Shown: positions 1-9,872, counted from the stretch's first letter. The stretch is 47,022 bases of DNA from Arenimonas sp. (GCA_035304725.1 DATGPR010000007.1:1-47022), one strand, 5' to 3'. Notes: generated by a model from the letters alone, not told the origin. Program-made: numbers and translations.

Positions 1-1
1 C

Positions 2-256
2 GCCATCGAGGCCATCCGCCGGCATGGTTCGGCCTACCTGATGGCCGTGGGCGGCGCCGCCTACCTGGTGTCCAAGGCGATCAAGGCCGCCCGGGTGGTG
101 GCCTTCGAGGACCTGGGCATGGAGGCCATCTACGAGTTCGAGGTCCGCGACATGCCGGTCACCGTCGCCGTGGACGCCCGCGGCGAGTCGGTGCACCAGA
201 CCGGCCCGCGCCAGTGGCAGGCCCGGATCGGCAAGATCCCCGTCACGGTCGAGTAA
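2..256 (+). CDS. fumA: Class I (Fe-S) fumarate hydratase, C-terminal fragment (5' truncated by window edge)
   Basis: Frame is open from the window start; GGAAYLVSKAIK...FEDLGMEAIYEFEVRDMPVTVAVDARGESVH is typical of the class I fumarase C-terminus. Confidence 0.9.
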   Translation, partial: AIEAIRRHGSAYLMAVGGAAYLVSKAIKAARVVAFEDLGMEAIYEFEVRDMPVTVAVDARGESVHQTGPRQWQARIGKIPVTVE

Positions 257-502
257 GACGAACCTGAACGATTCGCCCGGCCGGTGGACCGCCCGTCCGG
301 CCGGGATGGCTTTTGCCCCCGGAAACGTGTAGGGTGCGCCCGACTGTGCGATTGCTAAGGGTCACAGTGTCACGTGACCGATGCGGTAGATCCACCGATC
401 CGCTACATCTTTTCACCACGCTTCTCCTTGCAACCCCAGTCGCGCGGCGGAATGTTTCCGTCCGCGATGTCATTCATTCGTTTACGTTTCAAGGAGAAAG
501 TC

Positions 503-712
503 ATGTCGGATCGTCAGATCGGTACCGTCAAGTGGTTCAACGACGCCAAGGGTTTCGGTTTCATCAGCCGCGAGAACGGTGAGGACGTGTTCGTCCACTT
601 CCGTTCCATCGTCGGCTCGGGTTTCCGCAGCCTGCAGGAAGGCCAGAAGGTTTCGTTCAAGGTCGTGCAGGGCCAGAAGGGCATGCAGGCCGACGAAGTC
701 CAGCCGATGTAA
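503..712 (+). CDS. cspA: Cold-shock protein (CspA family), 69 aa
   Basis: [15 protein letters not shown] (RNP1) and DVFVHF (RNP2); AAGGAG SD upstream of ATG 503. Confidence 0.97.
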   Translation: MSDRQIGTVKWFNDAKGFGFISRENGEDVFVHFRSIVGSGFRSLQEGQKVSFKVVQGQKGMQADEVQPM

Positions 713-741
713 TCGTTCCGGTCCGTGAGGACCGGCACAGG

Positions 742-776
742 AGGCCCCGGGCGGCGACGTCCGGGGCTTTTCTTTT
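742..776 (+). terminator. Rho-independent terminator of cspA
   Basis: AGGCCCCGGGCG-GCGA-CGTCCGGGGCTT stem-loop followed by TTCTTTT. Confidence 0.9.
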
Positions 777-885
777 GCCGCCCGGCCGGGAACCGGTGGC
801 CGGCGGGCGGAAACGGGCCGGCCGGGGCTTTACCCGCACCCCGCGTCGCGTCGTATCCTTCGCCTCCCCCCAGGCAGGACGCGAG

Positions 886-1512
886 ATGTACACCCTCTAC
901 TACGCGCCCGGAGCGGCGAGCATGGTGGTGCACTGGCTGCTGATCGAATTCGGCGCCAAGCACGAACTCAGGCGGCTCGACCTCGACGCCAAGGACCAGA
1001 AGCGGCCGGAATACCTGGCCCTCAACCCGCGCGGCGTCGTCCCGACCCTGCTGGTGCACGGCGAGCCGCTGACCGAATCGGCGGCCCTGGTGATGCACCT
1101 GGCCGACGCCCATCCCAGCTTCGGCATGGCACCGGAACCGGGCAGCGTCGAGCGCGGCCGCTACTACCAGTGGATCCTGTTCCTGGCCAATACGGTGATG
1201 CCGGCCTTCCGCACCTGGTGGTATCCGCACGAGGCCCCGGGCGGGCCGGAGGCGGCCAAGGCTGATGCCGAGCGCCGCATCCACGAGGCCTGGGACCTGC
1301 TGGAGGCGCACCTGGCCAAGCGCGGTCCCTATCTGCTCGGCCCCTCGGTCTGCGCCGCCGACTTCCTGCTGTGCATGCTGATGCGCTGGTCGCGCAAGAT
1401 GGCCAGGCCGGCCACCGAATGGCCGCAGCTGGCCGCGCACGCGCAGCGCATGAAGGCGCGCCCGAGCTTCCGCACCCTGTACGAGCGCGAAGGCCTGACC
1501 GAGTGGCTTTGA
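886..1512 (+). CDS. Glutathione S-transferase family protein
   Basis: MYTLYYAPGAAS, LNPRGVVPTL, LTESAA and ADFLL motifs; AGGA upstream of ATG 886. Confidence 0.93.
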   Translation: MYTLYYAPGAASMVVHWLLIEFGAKHELRRLDLDAKDQKRPEYLALNPRGVVPTLLVHGEPLTESAALVMHLADAHPSFGMAPEPGSVERGRYYQWILFLANTVMPAFRTWWYPHEAPGGPEAAKADAERRIHEAWDLLEAHLAKRGPYLLGPSVCAADFLLCMLMRWSRKMARPATEWPQLAAHAQRMKARPSFRTLYEREGLTEWL

Positions 1513-1525
1513 GGGGCGGGGCGGC

Positions 1526-2704
1526 TCAGTTCGCCGCCAGCCCGACCCGCAGCAGCTTGCCGTCCGGCGCGTCGGTCAGCACGTAGAGATAGCCGTCCGG
1601 GCCCTGGCGGACGTCGCGGATGCGTTCACCCAGGTCCACGAGCAGGTCCTCGCTGCCGACCACCTGCTCGCCCTCCAGGTCCAGCCGCACCAGCTTGCGC
1701 AGGGCCAGGCCGCCGGCGAACAGGTCGCCGCGCCAGGCCGGGAAACGCTCGTGGGTGTAGAAGACCAGGCCGCTGGCGCCGATGGACGGCACCCAGTAGT
1801 GCAGCGGCTGCTCCATGCCCGGCGCCTCGCGCAGGCCTTCGCCGACCGGGGTGCCGTCGTAGTTCACGCCATGGCTGATCACCGGCCAGCCGTAGTTGCG
1901 GCCGGCACGGGCGATGTTCAGCTCGTCGCCGCCCTTGGGACCGTGTTCGGTCTGCCAGAGCTCACCGGTATCCGGATGCAGGGCCGCGCCCTGCACGTTA
2001 CGGTGGCCGTACGACCAGATCGCCGCCAGCGCCTCCTCGCGGCCGGTGAAGGGGTTGTCGGCCGGAATGCCGCCGTCGCGTTCGATCCGGTAAATCTTGC
2101 CCTGGCCCTGGTCCAGGCGCTGCACGCGCTCGGACTCGCCGCGGTCGCCGGCGGTGATGTAGAGCCGGCCCTCGCGGTCGAAGACCAGGCGCGAGCCGAA
2201 GTGATGGCCGGTGCCCAGCTTGGGCTGCTGGCGGAAGATCACCTCCACGCCCTCCAGCCGCTGGTCCTCGACCAGGCGCGCCCGCGCCACCGCCGTGCCG
2301 GCGCCACCGTCGCCCGGTTCGGCATAGCTCAGGTAGACGAGCCGGTTGCTCTCGAAGTCCGGATCCAGCGCGACATCGAGCAGGCCGCCCTGGCCGCGGG
2401 CGAAGACCTCGGGCACGCCGGTGATCGGATCGGAGACACGGCCATCCGGAAACACCATCCGCAGCCGGCCCGGCCGTTCGGTCACCAGCATGCGGCCGTC
2501 GGGCAGGAAGGCCAGGCCCCAGGGATGCTCGAGCCCGGTGCTGACGGTGAACACCTCGACCGTGCCGTGCTGGCTGGCGAAGCGCTGTGGCGGAACCTGG
2601 CTGGCCTCGGCCGGCTGCTGTGCCCCGCAGCCGCCCAGCAGGGCCAGGGCGGCGGCGAGCAGCAGGGGATGGAGGCGAGGGGAGTGCGGGCGCGACGGGC
2701 TCAT
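1526..2704 (-). CDS. yliI: PQQ-dependent aldose sugar dehydrogenase (YliI/Asd family), predicted lipoprotein
   Basis: GLEHPWGLAFLPDG, GQGGLLDVALDP, HHFGSRL, GHRNVQG, EHGPKGGDELN and RIRDV motifs; lipobox LGGC; ATGA overlap with tesA stop. Confidence 0.92.
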   Translation of the reverse strand: MSPSRPHSPRLHPLLLAAALALLGGCGAQQPAEASQVPPQRFASQHGTVEVFTVSTGLEHPWGLAFLPDGRMLVTERPGRLRMVFPDGRVSDPITGVPEVFARGQGGLLDVALDPDFESNRLVYLSYAEPGDGGAGTAVARARLVEDQRLEGVEVIFRQQPKLGTGHHFGSRLVFDREGRLYITAGDRGESERVQRLDQGQGKIYRIERDGGIPADNPFTGREEALAAIWSYGHRNVQGAALHPDTGELWQTEHGPKGGDELNIARAGRNYGWPVISHGVNYDGTPVGEGLREAPGMEQPLHYWVPSIGASGLVFYTHERFPAWRGDLFAGGLALRKLVRLDLEGEQVVGSEDLLVDLGERIRDVRQGPDGYLYVLTDAPDGKLLRVGLAAN

Positions 2705-3366
2705 GGCGTGCTCCTCTTGTCGGTGTCCAGCAGCGGCTCCAGCGCCGGCCAGACATGTTCCAGCAGGCGCGGCTGCGCCTCGGCCACCGGATGCAGGTTG
2801 TCGGCCTGGAAGGCCTCGCGCTCCATCGCGATCGGTTCCAGCAGGAAGGGCAGCAGGGCAGTGCCGTGCGCCTGCGCCAGCTCGACGTAGTTGCGTTCGA
2901 AGCCTTCGGTGTATTGCGGGCCGTAGTTCGGCGGCAGGCGCATGCCGATCAGCAGCACCCGGGCGCCGGCCTCGCCGGCGGCAGTGATCATGCGCTCGAG
3001 GTTGGCGCGGGTCTGCTCCAGCGGCAGGCCGCGCAGGCCGTCGTTGGCGCCCAGCTCGATCACCACGATGGCCGGCGAATGCCGGGCCAGCTCGGCGGCG
3101 ATGCGGCTGGCGCCGCCGGCAGTGGTCTCGCCACTGATGCTGGCATTGACCACCCGCCAGCCCGGGTGCTCGCTGGCCAGCCGGCGGTCCAGCAGGGCCA
3201 CCCAGCCCTGTTCGGGGGCGAGGTTGTAGGCGGCCGAAAGTGAATCGCCCATGACCAGTACCGTGCGCTCGGGCGTTGCCGCCTGCACCGGCAGCGCCAG
3301 GGCGAATCCGAGCATGACCATCAGGCATTGAAGCTGCCGCTGCCAGGCCGCATAAACTGCCTTCAT
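2701..3366 (-). CDS. tesA: Periplasmic arylesterase/acyl-CoA thioesterase I (SGNH/GDSL); true start may be a downstream ATG
   Basis: GDSLSA, NASISGETT, ELGANDG and DNLHP blocks; signal peptide ending PVQA; divergent from ybbA. Confidence 0.93.
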   Translation of the reverse strand: MKAVYAAWQRQLQCLMVMLGFALALPVQAATPERTVLVMGDSLSAAYNLAPEQGWVALLDRRLASEHPGWRVVNASISGETTAGGASRIAAELARHSPAIVVIELGANDGLRGLPLEQTRANLERMITAAGEAGARVLLIGMRLPPNYGPQYTEGFERNYVELAQAHGTALLPFLLEPIAMEREAFQADNLHPVAEAQPRLLEHVWPALEPLLDTDKRSTP

Positions 3367-3395
3367 TCCCTCATCTCTCCTCGTCAGGCACCCAC

Positions 3396-4097
3396 ATGGC
3401 CGATTCCCAGGAGCCCGTCGCCCGGGCCGACACCGCGCTCGTCGCCGAAAGCCTGGGCAAGCGGGTACCGCTGCCCTCGGGCGAGCTGACCATCCTCGAT
3501 GGAGTGGGTTTTACCATCTCCCGGGGTGAGGCCGTCGCCATCGTCGGCGCCTCCGGTTCAGGCAAGAGCACGCTTCTGTCGCTGCTGGCCGGGCTGGACC
3601 TGCCCACCCGCGGCCACGTCGAACTGGGCGGCGAGCGCCTGGACCGCCTGGACGAGGACGGCCGCGCCCGCGTGCGCGGCGAGAAGGTCGGCTTCGTCTT
3701 CCAGAACTTCCAGCTGCTGCCCTCGCTGACGGCGCTGGAGAATGTGATGTTGCCGCTGGAACTGCGCGGCGACGCCGATTGCGAGGGCCCGGCCCGCGCC
3801 ATCCTGGCCCAGGTCGGCCTGGGCGAACGCCTGCGCCATTACCCGCGCCAGCTCTCCGGCGGCGAACAGCAGCGCGTGGCCCTGGCCCGCGCCTTCGTCA
3901 CCCGGCCGGAGCTGCTGTTCGCCGATGAGCCCACAGGCAACCTGGATACGCAGACCGGCCAGGCCATCGTCGACCTGCTGTTCCGCCTCAATCGTGAGTC
4001 CGGCACCACCCTGGTGCTGGTCACCCATGACGACCGCCTGGCCGCGCGCTGCGACCGCGTGCTGCGCCTCGACGCCGGCCGACTGGTGTCGGCATGA
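3396..4097 (+). CDS. ybbA: ABC transporter ATP-binding protein (YbbA/LolD-like)
   Basis: [26 protein letters not shown]; tesA-ybbA-ybbP arrangement. Confidence 0.92.
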   Translation: MADSQEPVARADTALVAESLGKRVPLPSGELTILDGVGFTISRGEAVAIVGASGSGKSTLLSLLAGLDLPTRGHVELGGERLDRLDEDGRARVRGEKVGFVFQNFQLLPSLTALENVMLPLELRGDADCEGPARAILAQVGLGERLRHYPRQLSGGEQQRVALARAFVTRPELLFADEPTGNLDTQTGQAIVDLLFRLNRESGTTLVLVTHDDRLAARCDRVLRLDAGRLVSA

Positions 4098-6586
4098 GAC
4101 CGTTGCGCCTGGCCTGGCGGCAGTTCCGCCGGGATCTCGGTTCCGGCGACATCCGCATCCTGCTGGCGGCGCTGGTGCTGGCGGTGACGGCGGTGTGCTC
4201 GGTCGGTTTCGTCACCGACCGCGCCGAACGCGCCCTGGAACTGGAAGCCAATCGCCTGCTCGGCGGCGACGCCGTGCTTCGCGCCGACGCGCCCATCAGC
4301 GGCGCCCTGCGCGAGGCGGCCCATGCGCCCGGCCTGGTCAGCGCCGAAACCCAGGCCTTCGCCAGCATGGTGCGGGCCGGCGAGGCGCTGCGCCTGGGCG
4401 ACCTGCGGGCGCTGGGGCAGGGTTTCCCGCTGCGCGGCCAGTTCCTGTTGCGTCATGCCGATGGCCATGAGGCCCCGGCGCAGGGCGTGCCTGCGCCCGG
4501 CAAGGTGTGGTTGAGCCGGGCCGGCGCCGATGCGCTCGGTGCCCGCATCGGCGACCGCATCGGCGTCGGCGCGCGCGAATTCGAACTGGTGGCCCTGGTG
4601 GTGCAGGAGCCGGATGCGGCGCTCGACTACTTCAACACCGCGCCGCGCATCTTCCTCGCGCTCGACGACCTGGAATCCACCGGCCTGGTGCAGCCGGGCA
4701 GCCGCATCGCCTATCGCCTGGCCGTGGCCGGGTCGCCGGCGGCGGTGGAGGACTTCGTCGCCTTCGCCCGCGACAACCTCGGTCGCGGCCAGCGCCTGGA
4801 AACCGCCGCCGAGGCGCGGCCGGAGATCCGCCGCGCCCTCGATCGCGCCGATCGCTTCCTCGGCCTGGCGGCCCTGGTCTCGGTGGTGCTGGCGGCGGTC
4901 GCCGTGGCCATGGCCGCGCGTCGCCATGGCGCCCGCCACCTGCAGGGGGCGGCGGTGATGCGCAGCCTCGGCGCCCGCCAGCGCGACCTGGTGCTGGTGC
5001 ATGGCGGCGAGCTGCTGCTGGTCGGGCTGCTGGGCAGCCTGATCGGCCTGACCATCGCCTTCGGCCTGCAGTGGGCGGTGGGCGCCTGGCTGGCGGACGC
5101 GTTGTCGCTGGAGTTGCCCGCTGCCGGCCTGAAGCCGGTGCTGGAAGGTTTCGGCGTCGGCCTGACCGTGCTGCTGGCCTTCGGCCTGCCGCCGGTGCTG
5201 GCGCTGCGGCGCGTGCCGGCCCTGCGCGTGCTGCGCAGCGATCTGGATCCGACCGAAGCCAGCGCCTGGCTGGTGTTCACCGCCGGCCTGGCCGGCCTGG
5301 CGGCGCTGCTGTGGTGGAAGGCCGGTTCGGCCACGCTGGGCACGGCCATGCTGGCCGGCATCGGTGCCACCCTTACGGTGCTGGGCCTGCTGGCCTGGGG
5401 ACTGATCCTGCTGGTGCGGCGCCTGCGCGGCCGCCTGCGCGGCGCCTGGCGTTACGGCCTGGCCAATGTCGGCCGCCGCGCCGGCGCTTCCATCGCCCAG
5501 GTCTCGGCCCTGGGCCTGGGTCTGATGGCGCTGCTGCTGCTGAGCTTCGTCCGCACCGACCTGCTCGAGCGCTGGCGCCAGTCCCTGCCGGCGGACGCGC
5601 CCAATCGCTTCATCGTCAACGTGCAGCCGGACCAGGTGGATCCGCTGCGCGCCTTCGTCTCCGAACGCGGTCTGCCCGAACCGGTGCTGTTCCCGATGAT
5701 CCGCGCCCGCCTGGTCGAGCGGAACGGCGAGCCGTCCAGCGGCGCCGACTATCCGGAGGACAGCCGCGCCCGCCGCATGGCCGAACGCGAGTTCAACCTC
5801 AGCAGCGCCGAAACCCTGCGCACCGACAACGAGGTGGTGGCCGGACGCTTCTGGGAAGGGCGGCCGGAACAGCCCGAGCTGTCGGTGGAGCAGGAGCTGG
5901 CCCGCGATCTGGGCTGGCAGGTCGGCGACGAGATCGCCTTCGACATCGCCGGCGCCCGCTTCGCCGCCCGCATCACCAGCCTGCGCAAGGTGGACTGGGA
6001 GAGCTTCCAGCCCAACTTCTTCGTGCTGGCCTCGCCGGGTGCGCTGGACGGTTTCTCCGGCAGCCACATCACCGCGGTGAAGGTGCCGGTGGGTGACGCC
6101 CGCTTCACCACCGAACTGGTGCGGGCCTTCCCGAACCTGTCGGTGGTCGACGTGGACGCGGTGCTGGACCAGGTGCGCAACACCGTCAGCCAGGTGACCA
6201 CGGTGGTGGAAGCGGTCTTCGCCTTCGCCCTGCTGGCCGGCCTGCTGGTGCTGATGGCGGCGGTCAGCGCCAGCCAGGACGAGCGCCTGCTCGAGGGCGG
6301 GGTGATGCGGGTGCTGGGCGGCCGGCGTTGGCAGCTGCGCCTGGCCCAGGCCTCGGAGTTCGCGGCGATCGGCCTCATCGCCGGCCTGGTCGCGGCGATC
6401 GCCGCCTCGATACTGGCCGGCGTGGTCGCCAGGCAGGTCCTCGAACTGCCCTGGAGCCCGGATCCGTGGATGGTGGCGGCCGGTGCCACCGCCGGCCTGG
6501 TTGCGGCACTGCTGGCCGGCCTGTACGCCACCCGCCGCGTGGTCGACGCGCCGCCCTCGGTGACGCTGCGCGAGCTGCAGGGCTGA
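4094..6586 (+). CDS. ybbP: ABC transporter permease with two FtsX/MacB-like halves (YbbP)
   Basis: 830 aa, two TM clusters, LLGGDA and VDWESFQPNFF motifs; ATGA coupling to ybbA. Confidence 0.92.
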   Translation: MRPLRLAWRQFRRDLGSGDIRILLAALVLAVTAVCSVGFVTDRAERALELEANRLLGGDAVLRADAPISGALREAAHAPGLVSAETQAFASMVRAGEALRLGDLRALGQGFPLRGQFLLRHADGHEAPAQGVPAPGKVWLSRAGADALGARIGDRIGVGAREFELVALVVQEPDAALDYFNTAPRIFLALDDLESTGLVQPGSRIAYRLAVAGSPAAVEDFVAFARDNLGRGQRLETAAEARPEIRRALDRADRFLGLAALVSVVLAAVAVAMAARRHGARHLQGAAVMRSLGARQRDLVLVHGGELLLVGLLGSLIGLTIAFGLQWAVGAWLADALSLELPAAGLKPVLEGFGVGLTVLLAFGLPPVLALRRVPALRVLRSDLDPTEASAWLVFTAGLAGLAALLWWKAGSATLGTAMLAGIGATLTVLGLLAWGLILLVRRLRGRLRGAWRYGLANVGRRAGASIAQVSALGLGLMALLLLSFVRTDLLERWRQSLPADAPNRFIVNVQPDQVDPLRAFVSERGLPEPVLFPMIRARLVERNGEPSSGADYPEDSRARRMAEREFNLSSAETLRTDNEVVAGRFWEGRPEQPELSVEQELARDLGWQVGDEIAFDIAGARFAARITSLRKVDWESFQPNFFVLASPGALDGFSGSHITAVKVPVGDARFTTELVRAFPNLSVVDVDAVLDQVRNTVSQVTTVVEAVFAFALLAGLLVLMAAVSASQDERLLEGGVMRVLGGRRWQLRLAQASEFAAIGLIAGLVAAIAASILAGVVARQVLELPWSPDPWMVAAGATAGLVAALLAGLYATRRVVDAPPSVTLRELQG

Positions 6587-6590
6587 GGAA

Positions 6591-7079
6591 TCAGCCCAGC
6601 AGCAGCATCGCGAAAAAGATGGCCAGCATGGCCAGGGCCAGCAGCAGCTTGAAGATGGCGCCGAGCAGCAGGCCCAGCCAGGTACCGAAGCCGACCCGGG
6701 TGGCGGCGCGGAACTGCCGGCCATGCCAGAGCTCGCCCAGCGAGGCGCCGAGGAAGGGGCCGGCCAGCAATCCCGGCAGCCCGAAGAACAGCCCGACCAC
6801 GCTGCCGATGCCGGCGCCCCAGATCGCCTTGCCGGAGGCCCCGACCCGGCGCGCGCCGATCATGCTGGCGGCGAAGTCGACGACGATGGACAGCAGCACC
6901 AGCAGGCCCAGCACCACCAGCGTGCCGACGCCGACCCGTTGAAAATCGTCAGCCCAGGCGGCCAGCCACATGCCGGCGAACATCACCGGCAGGCCGGGTA
7001 GCACCGGCAGGAAGGTGCCCAGCAGGCCAACGAGGATCAGGGCGGCGGCGATCAGGTACCAGGCGGTGCTTGCATCCAT
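6591..7079 (-). CDS. DUF456 family membrane protein
   Basis: GLLGTFLPVLPGLP and GPFLGASLGEL, Gly-rich TM helices. Confidence 0.85.
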   Translation of the reverse strand: MDASTAWYLIAAALILVGLLGTFLPVLPGLPVMFAGMWLAAWADDFQRVGVGTLVVLGLLVLLSIVVDFAASMIGARRVGASGKAIWGAGIGSVVGLFFGLPGLLAGPFLGASLGELWHGRQFRAATRVGFGTWLGLLLGAIFKLLLALAMLAIFFAMLLLG

Positions 7080-7181
7080 GCCGCGAGCCTAGCAGAGCGC
7101 CGGCGCCTGTCGGGTTCCGCCCTGTGCGCGCGCGGATGGACTGCGTATGCTGGCGACCGTTCCGATTCAGTACCGGATTGC

Positions 7182-8015
7182 ATGGGTCTGACCGACATCC
7201 CGGTCGTCGCCGAAGACGGCCATCGCTACTCGCTGCGCATCGCCGAAACCGGGCAGCCGCGCGCCTCCCTGTTCTTCCTGCCGGCCCTGGGCGTGCCGGC
7301 GGCCAAGTACGACGCTTTCGCCGGCGCGCTGGCGGAGCAGGGCGTGCGGGTCGCCGTCGGCGAATGGCGCGGCCTGGGCAGCAGTTCCCTGCGGGCGCAG
7401 CGCGGAAGCGACTGGGGCTACGAAGCCCTGCTGACGCAGGACCTGCCGGCAGCGCTCGCCGCCCTGGGGCCGGGGCCCTGGCATTTCGGCGGACACAGCC
7501 TGGGTGGCCAGTTCGCAACGATGCTGGCGGCGCTGCAGCCCGAGGCCTGCGCCGGCCTGGTGCTGATCGCCACCGGCGTGCCCGACCAGCGCCTGTATCG
7601 TGGCCGCGCCGGCCTGTCCATCCGCGTCTTTGCCCGGGTGCTGCCGATGCTGACGCGGCTGTGCGGTTACTACCCGGGCCACCGCATGGGCTTCGCCGGC
7701 CGCGAGGCCGGTGGCGTGATGCGCGACTGGGCGCAGACGGTGCGGACGGGGCGTTACGCCGACTATGGCACCGGCGAGGCGCTGGACGAGCGGATGCGCA
7801 GGCTGCAGACGCGGGTGCTCGGCCTGAGCATGGAAGAGGACTGGCTGGCGCCGGCCAATACCCTGGCGGGGCTGCTGGACAAGCTCGGGCCGGGCGCGCG
7901 GCAGGTGATGAGCCTGGACAGCGGGCAGCTCGGCACCCGCGCCGACCACTTCCGCTGGATGCGCCAGCCGGAGGGGCTGGCGCGCCTGATCGGGGACTGG
8001 CTGGTCAGCCCTTGA
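7182..8015 (+). CDS. Alpha/beta-fold hydrolase
   Basis: PALGV oxyanion motif, GHSLGG nucleophile elbow, EEDWLAP acid, DHFRW His. Confidence 0.88.
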   Translation: MGLTDIPVVAEDGHRYSLRIAETGQPRASLFFLPALGVPAAKYDAFAGALAEQGVRVAVGEWRGLGSSSLRAQRGSDWGYEALLTQDLPAALAALGPGPWHFGGHSLGGQFATMLAALQPEACAGLVLIATGVPDQRLYRGRAGLSIRVFARVLPMLTRLCGYYPGHRMGFAGREAGGVMRDWAQTVRTGRYADYGTGEALDERMRRLQTRVLGLSMEEDWLAPANTLAGLLDKLGPGARQVMSLDSGQLGTRADHFRWMRQPEGLARLIGDWLVSP

Positions 8016-8403
8016 AGTCGTCGTGGCAGGCCTTGCAGGTGCCGCCGATGCGGTTGACCACCACCGAGGCGGCGGCGCAGTCGGAAGGCGTGGCAGCCAG
8101 GGCGGCATCCACCGCGGCGCGCAGCTCGCTGGCGTGGCGGATGAAGCGCTCGTCGTCCTGGGTGGGCAGGAAGGCCGGCTCGAGGTCGTTGCCGAGCTGG
8201 CGGATGGTCTGCAGGCGCGGCAGCAGGTCGGTGGCCGCGCAGCGGTTCTGCTTGAGCGAGGTATCCAGCGCGCCCATCTGGGCGGCCAGCACCGCCATGA
8301 CGCCATTGGGGTAGGCGGTGCCCTGGCGCAGGGCATTCATCGCCACGAGCGTGCAGGTGGCGCCGACGAACAGGCCGATCAGGACCAGGATGACAGACCG
8401 CAT
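8005..8403 (-). CDS. Membrane-anchored or exported class II (c'/c556-like) c-type cytochrome
   Basis: Hydrophobic N-terminus, helical body, single C-terminal CKACH. Confidence 0.75.
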   Translation of the reverse strand: MRSVILVLIGLFVGATCTLVAMNALRQGTAYPNGVMAVLAAQMGALDTSLKQNRCAATDLLPRLQTIRQLGNDLEPAFLPTQDDERFIRHASELRAAVDAALAATPSDCAAASVVVNRIGGTCKACHDDFKG

Positions 8404-8487
8404 GGAGGATTCCCCGTGGAAAGACCGCCGCGAAAATAGCACGGCGGCCTTTCCTCCGGGGAGCGCCGGGAAGCCCGGCGGGGTGGC

Positions 8488-8973
8488 TCAGTAGCCGATC
8501 GGGATCAGGCGGGTGCCGTCGACGCGGACGCGGGCGCCGACGCGGACGCCATTGCCCAGGCTGTTGCGGTTGACCACGAGCAGGCGGCCGTCGTCCATGC
8601 GGACGTGGATGTCGTAGCTCTCCTCGTTGGCCTTGTTCTCGATGGCATTGCCGATGGCGGCGCCGGCGACCGCGCCGGCCACCGTCGCGGTGTTCTCCTT
8701 GCCGCGGCTGCCGTGCTTGGGGATCTCGCGGGCGGCGACCGCACCGATCACGCCGCCGAGGATGGCACCCTTGCCGCTGTTCTGGCGGGCACCGTAGACG
8801 GTGACGATGCGCTCGACCTGGCCGCAGTCGTAGCAGCGGGCCGGCTCGTAATAACCGGAGCCGCGGCCATAGCCGTAATCGTCGTAGCCGTAGCCGCGAT
8901 CACGGGGCGCGCTGCTGGCGCAGGCGGCCAGCGTCACGGCGATGCCGGCGGCGATCAGGAACTTGTATTTCAT
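8488..8973 (-). CDS. Glycine-zipper 2TM outer-membrane lipoprotein (SlyB/Pcp-like)
   Basis: Lipobox LAAC; GAILGGVIGAVA...AGAVAGAAIGNAIE; YDIHVRMDDG; AGGAGG SD. Confidence 0.88.
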   Translation of the reverse strand: MKYKFLIAAGIAVTLAACASSAPRDRGYGYDDYGYGRGSGYYEPARCYDCGQVERIVTVYGARQNSGKGAILGGVIGAVAAREIPKHGSRGKENTATVAGAVAGAAIGNAIENKANEESYDIHVRMDDGRLLVVNRNSLGNGVRVGARVRVDGTRLIPIGY

Positions 8974-9085
8974 GGCTGGCCTCCTTGGCATGGAATACGG
9001 GGCCGACGCTATGCGGGGGCGCCTGAACGGCCACCGACCGGCTCCGGGACGGTTCAGGGAACGGACGCGGATAGAATGCGCGGCC

Positions 9086-9868
9086 ATGAGCGCATCCCGA
9101 TTCGCCGGCGTCGACCGGCTCTATGGCCATGGCAGCAGCCAGTGGCTGGCCGGACGCCAGGCCTGCGTGGTCGGCCTGGGCGGCGTTGGCTCCTGGGCGG
9201 TGGAAGCCCTGGCGCGCAGCGGCGTCGGCCGGCTGGTGCTGGTGGACGCCGACGAAGTCTGCGTCAGCAACACCAACCGCCAGTTGCATGCCCTGGACGG
9301 CCAGTACGGGCGCGGCAAGGCCGAGGTGCTGGCCGAGCGCTGCCGGGCGATCAACCCGAAGGTGGAGGTGGTTGCCGATCCGCGCTTCCTGGTCTCCTCC
9401 AATCTCGAGCAGATCCTGGATGCCGGCCACGACGTCGTGCTGGACGCCTGCGACAGCTTCCGCAGCAAGATCGAGATGATCGCCTGGTGCCGGCGGCGCA
9501 AGCTGCCGATCGTGGTGTCCGGCTCGGCCGGCGGCCGTCTCGACCCGACCCAGGTGCGGGTGCGCGACCTCTCGCGCACCGAGCACGACGCCCTGCTGGC
9601 CCTCGTGCGCAAGCGCCTGCGCGCCGAACACGGCTTCCCGCGCAACCCCGACCGCTACTTCGGCGTGCCGGCGGTGTATTCGCTGGAGAACGTCCGCTAT
9701 CCGCAGGCCGACGGCAGCGTCTGCGGCACCCGGCCGAAACTGGACTCGGACGCGGCCCTGAAGCTGGACTGCGGTGCCGGCCTGGGGGCGGTCACCCACC
9801 TGACCGGCACCTTTGGATTCGCCATGGCCGGCAAGGCGCTGGAGTTGCTGCTGAAGAAGCGCGGTTGA
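9086..9868 (+). CDS. tcdA: tRNA threonylcarbamoyladenosine dehydratase (ThiF/E1-like)
   Basis: VVGLGGVGSWAVEALARSG, SNTNRQLHAL, GGRLDPT, LDCGAGLGA. Confidence 0.93.
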   Translation: MSASRFAGVDRLYGHGSSQWLAGRQACVVGLGGVGSWAVEALARSGVGRLVLVDADEVCVSNTNRQLHALDGQYGRGKAEVLAERCRAINPKVEVVADPRFLVSSNLEQILDAGHDVVLDACDSFRSKIEMIAWCRRRKLPIVVSGSAGGRLDPTQVRVRDLSRTEHDALLALVRKRLRAEHGFPRNPDRYFGVPAVYSLENVRYPQADGSVCGTRPKLDSDAALKLDCGAGLGAVTHLTGTFGFAMAGKALELLLKKRG

Positions 9869-9872
9869 GGGC

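Noticed and set aside
8464-8480. Hairpin CGCCGGG-AAG-CCCGGCG after the glycine-zipper gene
   Set aside because: No U-tract on either strand, so it is not called as a terminator
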